From Macrostomum hystrix (Eukaryota > Animalia > Platyhelminthes): a DNA stretch of 64,000 bases. The DNA is taken from NCBI GenBank assembly GCA_950097015.1, contig CATNEN010000034.1:1612001-1676000 (forward strand), in the 5' to 3' direction. Position 1 is the first letter of the stretch. Every line of letters starts with the position of its first letter. The notes beneath the pieces are model-generated. The model did not search any database and was not told where the DNA came from. It was given only the letters and a program-made list of their open reading frames with translations. Shown here piece after piece: positions 1-11,683 of the stretch. Made by a program: the position numbers and the translations under genes.

Positions 1-2
1 AC

Positions 3-77
3 TGCTGCCTGGGCCCCTGCTGCGAGACCTGTGGCATGTTCCTGTCCAACATGAAGCTCACACAAACCAGCGGCTGA
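3..77 (+). CDS. C-terminal end of a caveolin-like protein (partial, begins upstream of the window)
   Basis: Frame from position 3 reads CCLGPCCETCGMFLSNMKLTQTSG*. The P-x-x-E-x-x-G-x-x-x-S-N-x-K/R spacing matches the caveolin C-terminus (human CAV1 CDPLFEAVGKIFSNVRI, from memory). Only 24 codons are visible. Confidence 0.55.
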   Translation, partial: CCLGPCCETCGMFLSNMKLTQTSG

Positions 78-111
78 GCACGGCTGCTGCCCGATGTGAT
101 GAGAATCAGCT

Positions 112-860
112 GATGGGATATTTGTGATTGGGATCAACAGAGGGACAATTGTGATTGGGATCAGCTGATGGGATATTTGTGATTGGGATCAACAGAGGGA
201 CATTTGTGATTGGGATCAGCTGATGGGATATTTGTGATTGGGATCAACAGAGGGACATTTGTGATTGGGATCAGCTGATGGGGTATTTGTGATTGGGATC
301 AGCAGATGGGATATTTGTGATTGGGATCAACAGAGGGACAATTGTGATTGGGATCAGCTGATGGGATATTTGTGATTGGGATCAACAGAGGGACATTTGT
401 GATTGGGATCAGCTGATGGGATATTTGTGATTGGGATCAGCTGATGGGATATTTGTGATTGGGATCAACAGAGGGACAATTGTGATTGGGATCAGCTGAT
501 GGGATATTTGTGATTGGGATCAACAGAGGGACATTTGTGATTGGGATCAGCTGATGGGATATTTGTGATTGGGATCAGCTGATGGGATATTTGTCATTGG
601 GATCAACAGAGGGACATTTGTCATTGGGATTAGCTGATGGGATATTTGTAATTGGGATCAACAGAGGGACATTTGTGATTGGGATCAGCTGATGGGGTAT
701 TTGTGATTGGGATCAGCAGATGGGATATTTGTGATTGGGATCAGCTGATGGGATATTTGTGATTAGGATCAGCTGATGGGGTAATTCATGATTGGGTGGG
801 ATCAACTAATGGGGAATTTCGTGATTGGGTGGGATCAGCTGATGGGAAATTTTTTATTGG
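112..860. repeat. Minisatellite, ~27-29 bp alternating units (GGGATATTTGTGATTGGGATCAGCTGAT / GGGACATTTGTGATTGGGATCAACAGA)
   Basis: Direct tandem repetition, degenerating after ~780. Confidence 0.95.
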
Positions 861-2096
861 GATCGACATTTGGACACTTTCTTATTGATCAACAGATGAG
901 GTATTAGTGGTTTGGATTAACGCAGAGTCTGAGTAGATTGATGTTGAGGCCGCAAAAAGATATTCGCTTTACAAAACATTTTCCACATGTTTCCTCACAA
1001 AAACTTTTTCTCTTATTTCTAACAAATTCAAACTAAATTCAATTCGTACTTGTAAACTTATTAACATGACTACTCGTAATATATTTTTCTTATTTCTTAC
1101 TGTTAAGTTTTCGTCAACGATTTTGACGACTTTTAAAAGAATGAAATAAAGAACCCTACATTTCGGAGCTGAACTATTTATTAAAGTAGACGTTTTTATA
1201 CAACTTTCACGTTTAAAATGTAATGTTAATACGGGTCTATATTAATTTTTTTTACATTTTTACAAGCTCAATGTATACACGTCTAATAGTTTTTATGTCT
1301 TGATTAATAGAACTTGTTTCAAGTTAAATTGATTAATTCCATACAATTAATTAGTTATAGTTAAGTTAGGAAATCAATTTTGTAAGGAAAGTTGTATCAT
1401 TGAATTAAATTAAATCACATAAATAACTTAAGAAGTTAGATATTCTTGTATGAACAGCAATTACAAAAACATACATTTTTGAATTAGATAAATTATGCAA
1501 ATTTGATTCTTAACATTTTGATTGTAATATTTTTATTTAAAAATAATGTAGATTCTTTTCTACGAGTACAATCAAAAATAAAATAAAAAGTGTAATTTTT
1601 AACTTCACGTTCCGCAAAATAAAAAATTCTTATTTAATTGTGTTTTTAATGCTTCGATGTGCCTTGTTATAATGCTAGAAATTTGTCATTCAAACGCAAC
1701 TTTTCCATGTTCCAGTGAGCTACTAGGCAAGTTAGTTATACTCGAAAAACTCTTACAGCAGACGAGGACAAGTTAATTTCTTTCCTGACAGAGGTCCAAT
1801 CGGACTTATCAGGCGAATAATAAATTTTATGGTTCAATTACGGCAACCCACGCAATGGCCAACTTTTAATTGCCAAATTGTAAATTACTGTCTTATCTGA
1901 GAAACAAAATAGAATTTTGGGTGAGAATTTAGTCTTGCAAATTGATTCGGTGCAATTTGCGGCCGCTTAAAAAATCTAAAGCGAACTGCTGGCCGGTTCC
2001 CTGACAAGCGCCACTACACCGACACCGACACCCAATGGCCAAGTCTGGGGAGGTGGGAGGCTTAACACCTGACTAATTCCCCTTGACTACCGACTC

Positions 2097-2103
2097 TATA
2101 TAG
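2097..2103 (+). promoter_or_regulatory. Possible TATA box of carboxypeptidase 1
   Basis: TATATAG about 75 bp upstream of the ATG at 2174. Motif only. Confidence 0.3.
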
Positions 2104-2173
2104 TTATCCTAACTGTCGCAGCAATGAGGCAGCCTCTTCTAAAGCTGTGAAAAATCCCCCCTATTGAGCTATC

Positions 2174-5025
2174 ATGCGCCTGCTAGCGCTGTTCCTGAGC
2201 TGCCTGCAGCTCGCCCTGCTGGCCTCCGCCGTCAAGGAGGACGAGGAGCTGTTCGGCTGGCAGGAGTTCCACCTCACAATCGAGAATGCCCAGGCGGCGG
2301 CAGCGGTTCGATTCTACATCAACTCGCGCGATGTGAGCGGCCTCTACCATTCATTTATCATTCGCTCAAAAATGTTCTTCTTTGTCTGCTCTCCTCAACA
2401 CCTCTGTCCTCTATCCCTCTCTCCTTTATCTGTCTCTCCTCTATCCCTCACTCCTCTATCCCTCACTCCTCTATCCCTCACTCCTCTATCCCTCACTCCC
2501 CTATCCCTCACTCCTCTATCCCTCACTCCTCTATCCCTCACTCCTCTATCTCTCACTCCTCTATCCCTCACTCCTCTATCCCTCACTCCCCTATCCCTCA
2601 CTCCTCTATCCCTCACTCCTCTATCCCTCACTCCTCTATCTCTCACTCCTCTATCCCTCACTCCTCTATCTCTCACTCCTCTATCCCTCACTCCTCTATC
2701 CCTCACTCCTCTATCCCTCACTCCTCTATCCCTCACTCCTCTATCTCTCACTCCTCTATCCCTCACTCCTCTATCCCTCACTCCTCTATCCCTCACTCCT
2801 CTATCCCTCACTCCTCTATCCCTCACTCTTCTATCCCTCACTCCTCTATACCTCACTCCTCTATACCTCACTCCTCTATCCCTCACCCCTCTATCCCTCA
2901 CTCCTCTATCCTTCTCTCTTCAATTTTGAGTAGAGTAAAATTCTCCTCAATCCCTTCTCCTCAGTCCCTTCTCCCCAATCCCTCTCCTCAATCCCCTGTC
3001 CTCAATCCCAAATATGCCTACAAAAGTAATACAAAAATAAGGCCTTCAGCAGAGCACTTCCTCAGCATGCTATCAACCTCTAAACCTGACCTCTCACCCG
3101 CAGTTCCTGGTGGCCAATGAGAACAACATGGGCTACGCCGAGAGCGTGGTCGTGCCGCCTCAGGAGGTCATCGGGTTCATCTCGTTCCTTAGCGGTCAGA
3201 GCGTGAAGTTCGAGATTCTGGAGAAAGATGTTGGCGGGTGGGTCGAATTGGCCTGTTTAAGTTTTCATTCAGATTCAAAGCGCTGTTCATTTACAAACAA
3301 AATTATTATATAAATTTCAGTATGCTTCTGAGGGCTCGGTTGGACAACACGCTGAGCGCCAGGGCCTTCAACAATGATCCGTCAACTTACTTCGCCCAGA
3401 CACCCGATGTAAGTTTAAAAGCAATTATACTGCTTGTTACAAACAAGTAAAACGAAATCTCCCATGACCGTCATCTCCCATAAAACCTGTTTGCAATATT
3501 GTCTTTGTAACCAAATTCTTCGGCAGATCTACAGCTGGCTCAGGAGCCTCGCGTCGGCTAATTCGGCCCTCGCCTCCGTCAGGAACATCGGCACCTCCTA
3601 CGAGGGCCGTCAGCTCCTGGTGCTGGAGGTCAGCAACAACCGCAACGCCAACAAGCCCGTCATCTTCATCGACGCCGCCATCCACGCGCGCGAGTGGCTG
3701 GCCCCCGCCACCCTCAACTACATCATCAAGCAGTTCATCAACGACTACAAGGCTGGCAACGCTGAGATCAAGCAGCTGCTGGACAAGTACGATTGGCACT
3801 TCATGCCGGTGCTGAACCCCGACGGGTACGACTACACCTTCCGGTCCAGCTCGGTGAGTTCACACTCAATAGAGTTGCATGGTAGCAGTACACCTTGGAG
3901 TTATGAAACAAAAAACTTCAGACCAGGTACTGGCGCAAGACCCGCAAGCCGTACGGAGCCTACTACGGAGCCGATCCCAACCGCAACTTCGACTATCTGT
4001 TCGGCGGCGCCGGAACCAGCAACAACCCGAGCAGCGACGTCTACCACGGACCCAACGCCTTCTCGGAGCCCGAGACGAAGGCACTGAGCGTCTACCTGAC
4101 TAGCATTCAGAGCCGTCTTCAGCGGGGCATGTACATCAGCTTCCACACCTACGGCCAGTGGTGGCTGACACCGCCCGGTGGCACCAGGGTGCTGCCCCCG
4201 GATCACAGCGAGATGGTGAGCATCTTGGCCATAGAAGGCATGTGAATAACGTCGACCGCGAGCCTCTTATCTTGAATCTGTCCCCAATGTCCCGCAGCTG
4301 CGTATTGGCAACATCGCCGCTTCAGCGATCCAGTCCGAGAGCGGCCTCGTCTTCCGTGTTGGCCAGCCCGCCAATGTTGGATTGTGTAAGCTGGCTGCCA
4401 TGTTTGGACCGAAGGTTCAGATTGGAATTAGATCATTGTGTGAGCCTGATGTGATCCTGATATGATCCTGATATGATCCTGAGGTGATCCTGATATGATC
4501 CTGAGGTGATCCTGATATGATCCTGAGGTGATCCTGATATGATCCTGAGGTGATCCTGATATGATCCTGAGGTGATCCTGATGTAAGCCTGAGATGAGCC
4601 TGATATGATCCTGATGTGATCCTAATGTGAGCCTGATGTGATCCTGAGGTGAGCCTGAGGTGAGCCTGATGTAAGCCTGATGTGAGCATGATGTGAGCAT
4701 GATGTGAGCATGATGTGAGCCTGATGTAAGCCTGAGGTGATCCTGATGTAAGCCTAAGATAAGCATGATGTAAGCCTGATGTGAGCCTGATGTGAGCCTG
4801 ATGTGAAGCCATCGTGCCCCTTTCAACTGGCACGCAGACGAAGCCACTGGCGGCAGCTACGACTGGGTGAAGTACCGCGCCGGTGTCAAGTACGCCTTCA
4901 CCCCGGAGCTTCGGCCGTACTACAACGGCTCCCTGGGCGGCTTCTCCCCCAGCGCCAGCGAGATTCCCAAGAGCGGCCGGGAGATCTACCGCGCCGTCAA
5001 AGCTGTCGCCAGAGCTCTTCCCTGA
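2174..5025 (+). CDS. M14A zinc metallocarboxypeptidase paralog 1 (signal peptide, propeptide, catalytic domain; 425 aa, 7 exons)
   Basis: GT-AG exons 2174-2332, 3104-3237, 3321-3408, 3527-3853, 3922-4215, 4298-4385 and 4838-5025 splice in frame (1278 nt). Signal peptide [19 protein letters not shown]. Motifs: HARE (H69/E72), WRKTR (R127), DPNRNF (N144/R145), SFHTY (H196), [10 protein letters not shown] (Y248), FTPELR (E270). Confidence 0.93.
2400..2912. repeat. 15-bp minisatellite (CCTCACTCCTCTATC)n in intron 1 of carboxypeptidase 1
   Basis: Direct tandem repetition. It explains the SLTPL/SIPHS/YPSLL/RDRGV ORFs in the track. Confidence 0.97.
4440..4805. repeat. Degenerate 9/11-bp-unit minisatellite (TGATCCTGA / TGAGCCTGA / TGAGCATGA) in the last intron of carboxypeptidase 1
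   Basis: Direct tandem repetition between exon 6 (ends 4385) and exon 7 (starts 4838). Confidence 0.92.
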
Positions 5026-5199
5026 ACCTGAACGTGCTGAAGAGAAGCAGAAAGAACTTGAGTTTTCAGTTATATTTTAACAGCTTCTGAGTGCGTCTAT
5101 CCAGGTGTTGAGTTGTAATTGAAAATATACAGATAAAAATTATAAGAGCGACTAACCTTAGATTGAATCGTTTCGAGTCTTTAAGCAGTACATCAAAAA

Positions 5200-5290
5200 A
5201 AAAGAGATTGAGCTTCGGAATTCTGACCTAGAGGTTGGGGGTTCGAATTTCAACTCAATGAAAAGTATTTGTGTCCTGGGTTAGAAATTC
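5200..5290 (+). mobile_element. Highly degenerate tRNA-derived SINE head
   Basis: B-box-like GGTTCGAATT followed by TGTGTCCTGG, the same arrangement as at 52850-52970. Confidence 0.3.
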
Positions 5291-5589
5291 GTAGAAATTA
5301 GTTTTGAGTGTAGCCGCTGCCCAGTCCATGGACTGAACAGCTGTACGCATCCCTTGTAAGCGCAGCACAATAGCTGCGGCTGTACACCTGTCTATACGCT
5401 CAAATTAACTAGTTTCGATGCAATATCTCAGCAATTTTTTTAATCTATACTAGGTAATAGCTCGTATAGTCCGACCAACTCGTAGTTACAAAGTATGATT
5501 GAAGAGATTGTAGGTTTTAATCAGAAAAAAAGGTCCAATTTTTTAAGATAAAAACTTTAGTATAGTTCTTTCCTAACATTGCAATTAGA

Positions 5590-5920
5590 GGGGCTGAGTG
5601 GCAAAGCGGTCAAACGCGTTTTACTCTCGCACCAAGGTTCCTGAGCTCGATTCTGCGACGAGGCCACAGAGAGAGGCTGTGGCGCAGCCGCGGAGAGAAG
5701 GCTTGGGGGCTTGTCTTGCAATTTACGCCCATGAGGGCCAACCTCCAAGGCACAGTGAAGGCTTTCACTGCCTGACGATGAGACAGTCAGAGCTGATGTA
5801 CAAACGCTGTGTGAGCGTATGCCTGCGTACAGTATCTGTGTGCGTGCGTGCTCAGGAGTCAGCGAAATGGGCAGAATTGCCTCCTCGCTGGCTGCGGGTC
5901 TAGTGTCACTAAATGATGTG
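5590..5920 (+). mobile_element. tRNA-derived SINE, copy A (3' tail not evident)
   Basis: A-box-like TGGCAAAGCGG and B-box-like GAGCTCGATTC. About 320 bp collinear with the reverse complement of 54471-54835. Confidence 0.8.
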
Positions 5921-6370
5921 CCCTGTATCTGCTTATAGGCAGATAGAGGCAGCCAGTGTGGTATGTCTCCCGAATCCCGACCCATCAAACAAATTGACGA
6001 ATGTGTCTGAAGGTTGGCAGAATTGGTCTTTAAGGTTGATAGTGTGTCAGAACAGGTGATTCCGCGACAGGTGACAAATAATGCCCATAATTTTTGAAAA
6101 TTATTTATTTTCGTGCAAAAATAATGCTTATTAATTCCAATATCCAATATCCGTTCAAATTTAACTGACTAGTTCTGGCTTCAGCGGCACTTCAGTTTAT
6201 TGTCCACAGGAACCAAACAGATGCGGGCTTTTCCCAAATCAGCCGTGCGGCTGTTGCATTCCCTGACCGATTCCTCTGGTTTGAGCACACCTAGTTGTTA
6301 GGAGAATAAATGCTTGATAATTTTCCAACCTGAATTCGGTCTAATCCGGTTCCAACAACAGGCAAGCAGA

Positions 6371-9300
6371 ATGAAGCTACTGTTTAGTGTGATTGTGTGC
6401 TGCCTGCAGCTGTGCCTGTTGGTTTCTGCTGTCAGTGAGGATGAGCAGCTATTTGGGTAAGTCGCGATGGATCAAGCAAATATTTCTGAGCTTTTGATCA
6501 TTGGAAAACTGTCGCTAATTTTGACAACTTCAGTTGGCACGAGTTTCATCTGAGCGTTAGCGATGAGCGAGCTGCATCAGCTGTCAGGCAGTACTCTGAG
6601 GCCATGGATGTAAGCTTGGCATCTGCAACTAGCACAGAGTACCCGCTACATGATCTTATTTCACTACGCACCCCGTTAAGCTTTCCCTTGAAATAATCAT
6701 TCTATCTTCAGTTTCTGATTGCCAACGAGAATCACCTGGGCTACGCTGAAAGTGTCGTTGTGCCACCAGGCCAAGCATTCAGCTTCATGATAGTCCTCAG
6801 CAACTTGGGCGTGGGCGTCGATTTCAAAGTCCTGCATAAGGACCTCGGCAGGTGAGTTATGTATAATATATTAACAATTAATCTGGCTTGTCATATGATG
6901 AGGCACTTCGCCCATTCCGCTAAATACCTGAGCGCGCATACTCACACGCGGATGTACATCTGGTTGGCCCTCATGGAAGCCCCCTGTAACATACTAAAAG
7001 TGGGGAACGAACCTCGCGCTGGCAGACCGAGACCGGTTTCTGGCTTGTTTGCCTTCGTCAGTCAGCCATAGCCACACGCCGTCCTCTCCCACCACTCTTA
7101 GTTTGCACAGAAGTCTCTTTTAAGCTTGCCATTTTTATGGCGATATTTTTTTGTGTTATGTGAGAGTTTTGCAGCCAAGTCTTTGCTTTTCTACTGTTGT
7201 CAGTAGTCTGAATTGTATCTCTCACACCCCCCAATGAATGGGGCCTCGCTGCGGATTCGAGCTCAGGGACCTTGGTGCGAGTTTTGAACTCGCTAACAAT
7301 CGGCCACTCATTTCAGTGTGCTCCTGCGCACAAAGCTGGACAACATGCTCAGCGCCAGGGCCTTCAACAATGATCCAGCGACTTACTTTGCTCAGACTCC
7401 AGAGGTGAGCATCATTCAGTTTCTCTCTTCCTCTCTATGCTCCGCTCCCAGATTTGGCTTACGAACAAAACACCATAAATCTGCATGATCCACTGTTCCT
7501 TAGCTTTTAGCCAGACTTTCGGTGATAATTCCAGATCTACAGCTGGCTCAGGAGCCTCGCGTCGGCTAATTCGGCCCTCGCCTCCGTCAGGAACATCGGC
7601 ACCTCCTACGAGGGCCGTCAGCTCCTGGTGCTGGAGGTCAGCAACAACCGCAACGCCAACAAGCCCGTCATCTTCATCGACGCCGCCATCCACGCGCGCG
7701 AGTGGCTGGCCCCCGCCACCCTCAACTACATCATCAAGCAGTTCATCAACGACTACAAGGCTGGCAGCGCTGAGATCAAGCAGCTGCTGGACAAGTACGA
7801 TTGGCACTTCATGCCGGTGCTGAACCCCGACGGGTACGACTACACCTTCCGGTCCAGCTCGGTGAGTTCACATTAGACACATTTGACCCGAACAAAGGAG
7901 TGGTAGTGGACGCTGAGCTACTTTGAAGTTTGGTAGGCTTTGCGGTGCGTTGGGATGTACAGAGAGGCTTTGCTAGCTCTGTTTGGCTTTGGGACACGCA
8001 CAAGCTCAGTGACCCTTGTGCTATGTACAGTACACCACACAGACACGGGGTGCTCCAACCGTAGCTGGTGCACGCAGGTGCTGCGATTCTACATAGTCAG
8101 TAGATCAAACTTGCAGACTCGATTCTGGCGCAAGACCCGCAAGCCGTACGGAGCCTACTACGGAGCCGATCCCAACCGCAACTTCGACTACATGTTCGGC
8201 GGCGCCGGAACCAGCAACAACCCGAGCAGCGACGTCTACCACGGACCCAACGCCTTTTCGGAGCCCGAGACAAAGGCGCTGAGCGTCTACCTGACTAGCA
8301 TTCAGAGCCGTCTGCAGCGGGGCATGTACATCAGCTTCCACACCTACGGCCAGTGGTGGCTGACACCGCCCGGTTTCACCCGCACGAACCCAGCTGATCA
8401 TGCCGAGATGGTGAGCGGATTAAATTTGAATTCCCTTAACTGTAGACCACTGAAGGTATTAACATTACCCACTACCTACTTCACGAGAGCTCCCAAACCG
8501 AATGACCGATTTTCGTGAAAGTCCGCCATGTGGATCGAAATTTTTTTTGCCCTTTACGATGAAATAGCTTTCAAAGCGGTCCGACGTCAGCATCGTCGAG
8601 ATATTCAGCGATTCTTGACTTGTCAAAAATGAAAAAAAAGTACCAATTTAATCAATCCAGATACGAGTAGCTAACTCGTGGTTTTTTGTGGTTGAATATC
8701 TCGACAATGCGATGTTTAGTGATTCTGGAAGTTGTTTAATCGGATAGAGTGGAAAGTTTTAGCCCATGTTCTGGATTTTCATGGCGATTAGTTGAATATT
8801 TTTGGAGATACAGAAAAATTGAGTATTTGAAATGCCCGCGTAGTCTGTCTACTGTAAAAACTTCTCAACTGAATGATTGCCAACCATCTTTGCCTGCCAG
8901 ATGCGAATCGGGAATGTTGGCAGGGCCGCCATTCTTGCCGCCGGTGGGCCGGGCTTCAGGGTCGGACAGCCGGCCAATGTTGGACTGTGTAAGCGATGCA
9001 CATTTAAATATTTTTTGGCAACTTTTTGTCGTCCATCACGGAACCATGTGATGCTCTTCTGCCCAGCAAGGTTTTCGCGGTTTGGTCCTCTTTTTGCCGC
9101 TCAGTGTTTCTCTGCACTTTTGCAGCGATCGTTTTTTGGTTTTCCATAACCAAGTATCAACAAGTGCCTCGAGTAGTTAGCTACAGTCTACTTCAATTGT
9201 ATTTTACTGACAGATCTTCAATCGGATGGTGACAGATTTACACTCAGAGAATGTCAATCTTCAATAGAGGGTGTCAGATCTTCAATCGAAGGGTGTCAGA

Positions 9301-10856
9301 TCTTCAATCGGAAGTTGTAAGATCTTCAATCGGAAGGTGTCAGATCTTCAATCGGAAGGTGTCAGATCTTCAATCGGAAGGTGTCAGATCTTCAATCGGA
9401 AGGTGTCAGATCTTCAATCGGAAGGTATCAGATCTTCAATCGGAAGGTGTCAGATCTTCAATCGGAAGGTATCAGATCTTCAATCGGAAGGTATCAGATC
9501 TTCAATCGGAAGTTGTCAGATCTTCAATCGGAAGTTGTCAGATCTTCAATCGGAAGGTGTCAGATCTTCAATCGAAGGGTGTCAGATCTTCAATCGGAAG
9601 GTGTCAGATCTTCAATCGGAAGGTGTCAGATCTTCAATCGAAGGGTGTCAGATCTTCAAGCGGAAGTTGTAAGATCTTCAATCGGAAGTTGTCAGATCTT
9701 CAAGCGGAAGGTGTCAGATCTTCAATTGGAAGGTGTCAGATCTTCAATCGGAAGGTGTCAGATCTTCAATCGAAGGGTGTCAGATCTTCAATCGGAAGTT
9801 GTAAGATCTTCAATCGGAAGTTGTCAGATCTTCAAGCGGAAGGTGTCAGATCTTCAATCGGAAGGTGTCAGATCTTCAATCGGAAGTTGTCAGATCTTCA
9901 ATCGGAAGGTGTCAGATCTTCAATCGGAAGGTGTCAGATCTTCAATCGAAGGGTGTCAGATCTTCAATCGGAAGGTGTCAGATCTTCAATCGGAAGGTGT
10001 TAGATCTTCAATCGAAGGGTGTGAGATCTTCAAGCGGAAGTTGTAAGATCTTCAATCGGAAGTTGTCAGATCTTCAAGCGGAAGGTGTCAGATCTTCAAT
10101 CGGAAGGTGTCAGATCTTCAATCGGAAGGTGTCAGATCTTCAATCGGAAGGTATCAGATCTTCAATCGGAAGGTATCAGATCTTCAATCGGAAGGTGTCA
10201 GATCTTCAATCGGAAGGTATCAGATCTTCAATCGGAAGTTGTCAGATCTTCAATCGGAAGGTGTCAGATCTTCAATCGGAAGGTGTCAGATCTTCAATCG
10301 AAGGGTGTCAGATCTTCAATCGGAAGGTGTCAGATCTTCAATCGAAGGGTGTCATATCTTCAATCGGAAGGTGTCAGATCTTCAATCGGAAGGTGTCAGA
10401 TCTTCAATCGAAGGGTGTCAGATCTTCAAGCGGAAGTTGTAAGATCTTCAATCGGAAGGTGTCAGATCTTCAATCGAAGGGTGTCAGATCTTCAAGCGGA
10501 AGTTGTAAGATCTTCAATCGGAAGTTGTCAGATCTTCAAGCGGAAGGTGTCAGATCTTCAATTGGAAGGTGTCAGATCTTCAATCGGAAGTTGTCAGATC
10601 TTCAATCGAAGGGTGTCAGATCTTCAATCAAAGAATGCATAAAAATGCGTCTGAACCGCATTGCATTTCAGATGAAGCAGCTGGTGGCAGCTATGACTGG
10701 GTGAAGTACAGGGCCGGTGTCAACTACTCGTTCACACTGGAGCTGCGTCCTAGCTCCGGCGTCGGCCTCAGCGGCTTCGCCCCCAGCGCATCCGTGATAC
10801 CCGCCAGCGGTAAGGAGATCTACAGCGCCGTGAAAGCGGTTGCCGGGGCCATCTAA
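6371..10856 (+). CDS. M14A zinc metallocarboxypeptidase paralog 2 (427 aa, 8 exons)
   Basis: Exons 6371-6456, 6534-6609, 6712-6851, 7317-7404, 7535-7861, 8117-8410, 8901-8988 and 10672-10856 splice in frame (1284 nt). Signal peptide present. Motifs HARE, WRKTR, NRNF, FHTY, YEAAGGSYDW, FTLELR. AATAAA at ~10863. Confidence 0.93.
6985..7226 (+). mobile_element. Solo-LTR-like dispersed repeat (~242 bp), copy 1, in intron 3 of carboxypeptidase 2
   Basis: Begins TGTAAC, ends CTCACA (TGT...ACA) and is flanked by CCCC on both sides (candidate 4-bp TSD). Near-identical inverted copy at 58877-59118. Confidence 0.6.
7241..7310 (-). mobile_element. Truncated tRNA-derived SINE head (same family as 5590-5920)
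   Basis: Reverse complement TGAGTGGCCG...CTCGCACCAAGGTCCCTGAGCTCGAATCCGCAGCGAGGCC aligns to the head of copy A. Confidence 0.7.
9255..10630. repeat. 22-bp minisatellite (GTGTCAGATCTTCAATCGGAAG)n in the last intron of carboxypeptidase 2
   Basis: Direct tandem repetition, about 60 units. It explains the SDLQSEGVRSSIGRCQIFNRKV ORFs. Confidence 0.97.
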
Positions 10857-11587
10857 CTAACCAATAAAGGCCCGTTGCGTTAGAATTTGATGTCCAAATG
10901 GAGCGCAGCAATGGAATTTAAATAAATTGAAAATTTGACATACTGGTTCATCTTAGAACGATACCGTGACAATTATCGGGCACTCGTGACAATTATCGGC
11001 AAGTTTTTGTTCAAGTCAAGCTTTTTGCAGAAAAAAATACAATAACGCAGAAATAGCGCGTTCCTATTAAAGGTTTAACTGGAAGCCCCAGTAGCTCGAT
11101 TTTAGTGTATTTATTATTATTGAAATGAGCACACCAATTTTTGTTTCTTTGATGTTGGTAACAAGGCTGAACAATTCGATTTAAAAAAGGCGATAGAAAA
11201 ACAGTAGCATGCATAAGATTAATTTTAGGTGAATAAAATATTTGAAATTTGTAAACACATTCATTAAAACAAAAAAATGAAATATTGAAATTTAAAGAGA
11301 AAATTAAAACTGAGACTGAAATCTCTTCGCTCCCGAAAGGAGAATAGCTATTGTGTTTTTGCGAGTTACGATCAAATATAAGAAAACTAAAACTCAAACT
11401 ATAATCTAGCATTCTAACTATGGGCCTCAGGGCAGTGGCTTTTTTATCTAGCTTTAAGTATGCTCTAGATGAAGTCCACAAAACTTTCTGTTAATTCTGT
11501 GCTTTCCTGTGTCATTAAATTCACAATTTTGTCATCAGCTGTACAGCTTTCGAGATTTCTAACAGTGCCTGCCACTTTCTCTACGAA

Positions 11588-11593
11588 TTTATT
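11588..11593 (-). promoter_or_regulatory. Candidate polyadenylation signal of the giant SecA-like gene
   Basis: TTTATT on + (AATAAA on -) about 90 bp downstream of the TGA at 11684-11686. Confidence 0.4.
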
Positions 11594-11683
11594 TATAATT
11601 GGAATATAAACGGACCAATCGCATCAAAAGAGAAAATGAGTGTCGTTCTCTACCTCGACTCTACTGTTGGTCATGTTCTGTTT

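Noticed and set aside
8470-8780. Possible MITE in intron 6 of carboxypeptidase 2 (inverted GTCGAGATATTCA / TGAATATCTCGAC)
   Set aside because: Only a ~13-bp internal inverted match, with no defined termini, TSD or second copy in the window.
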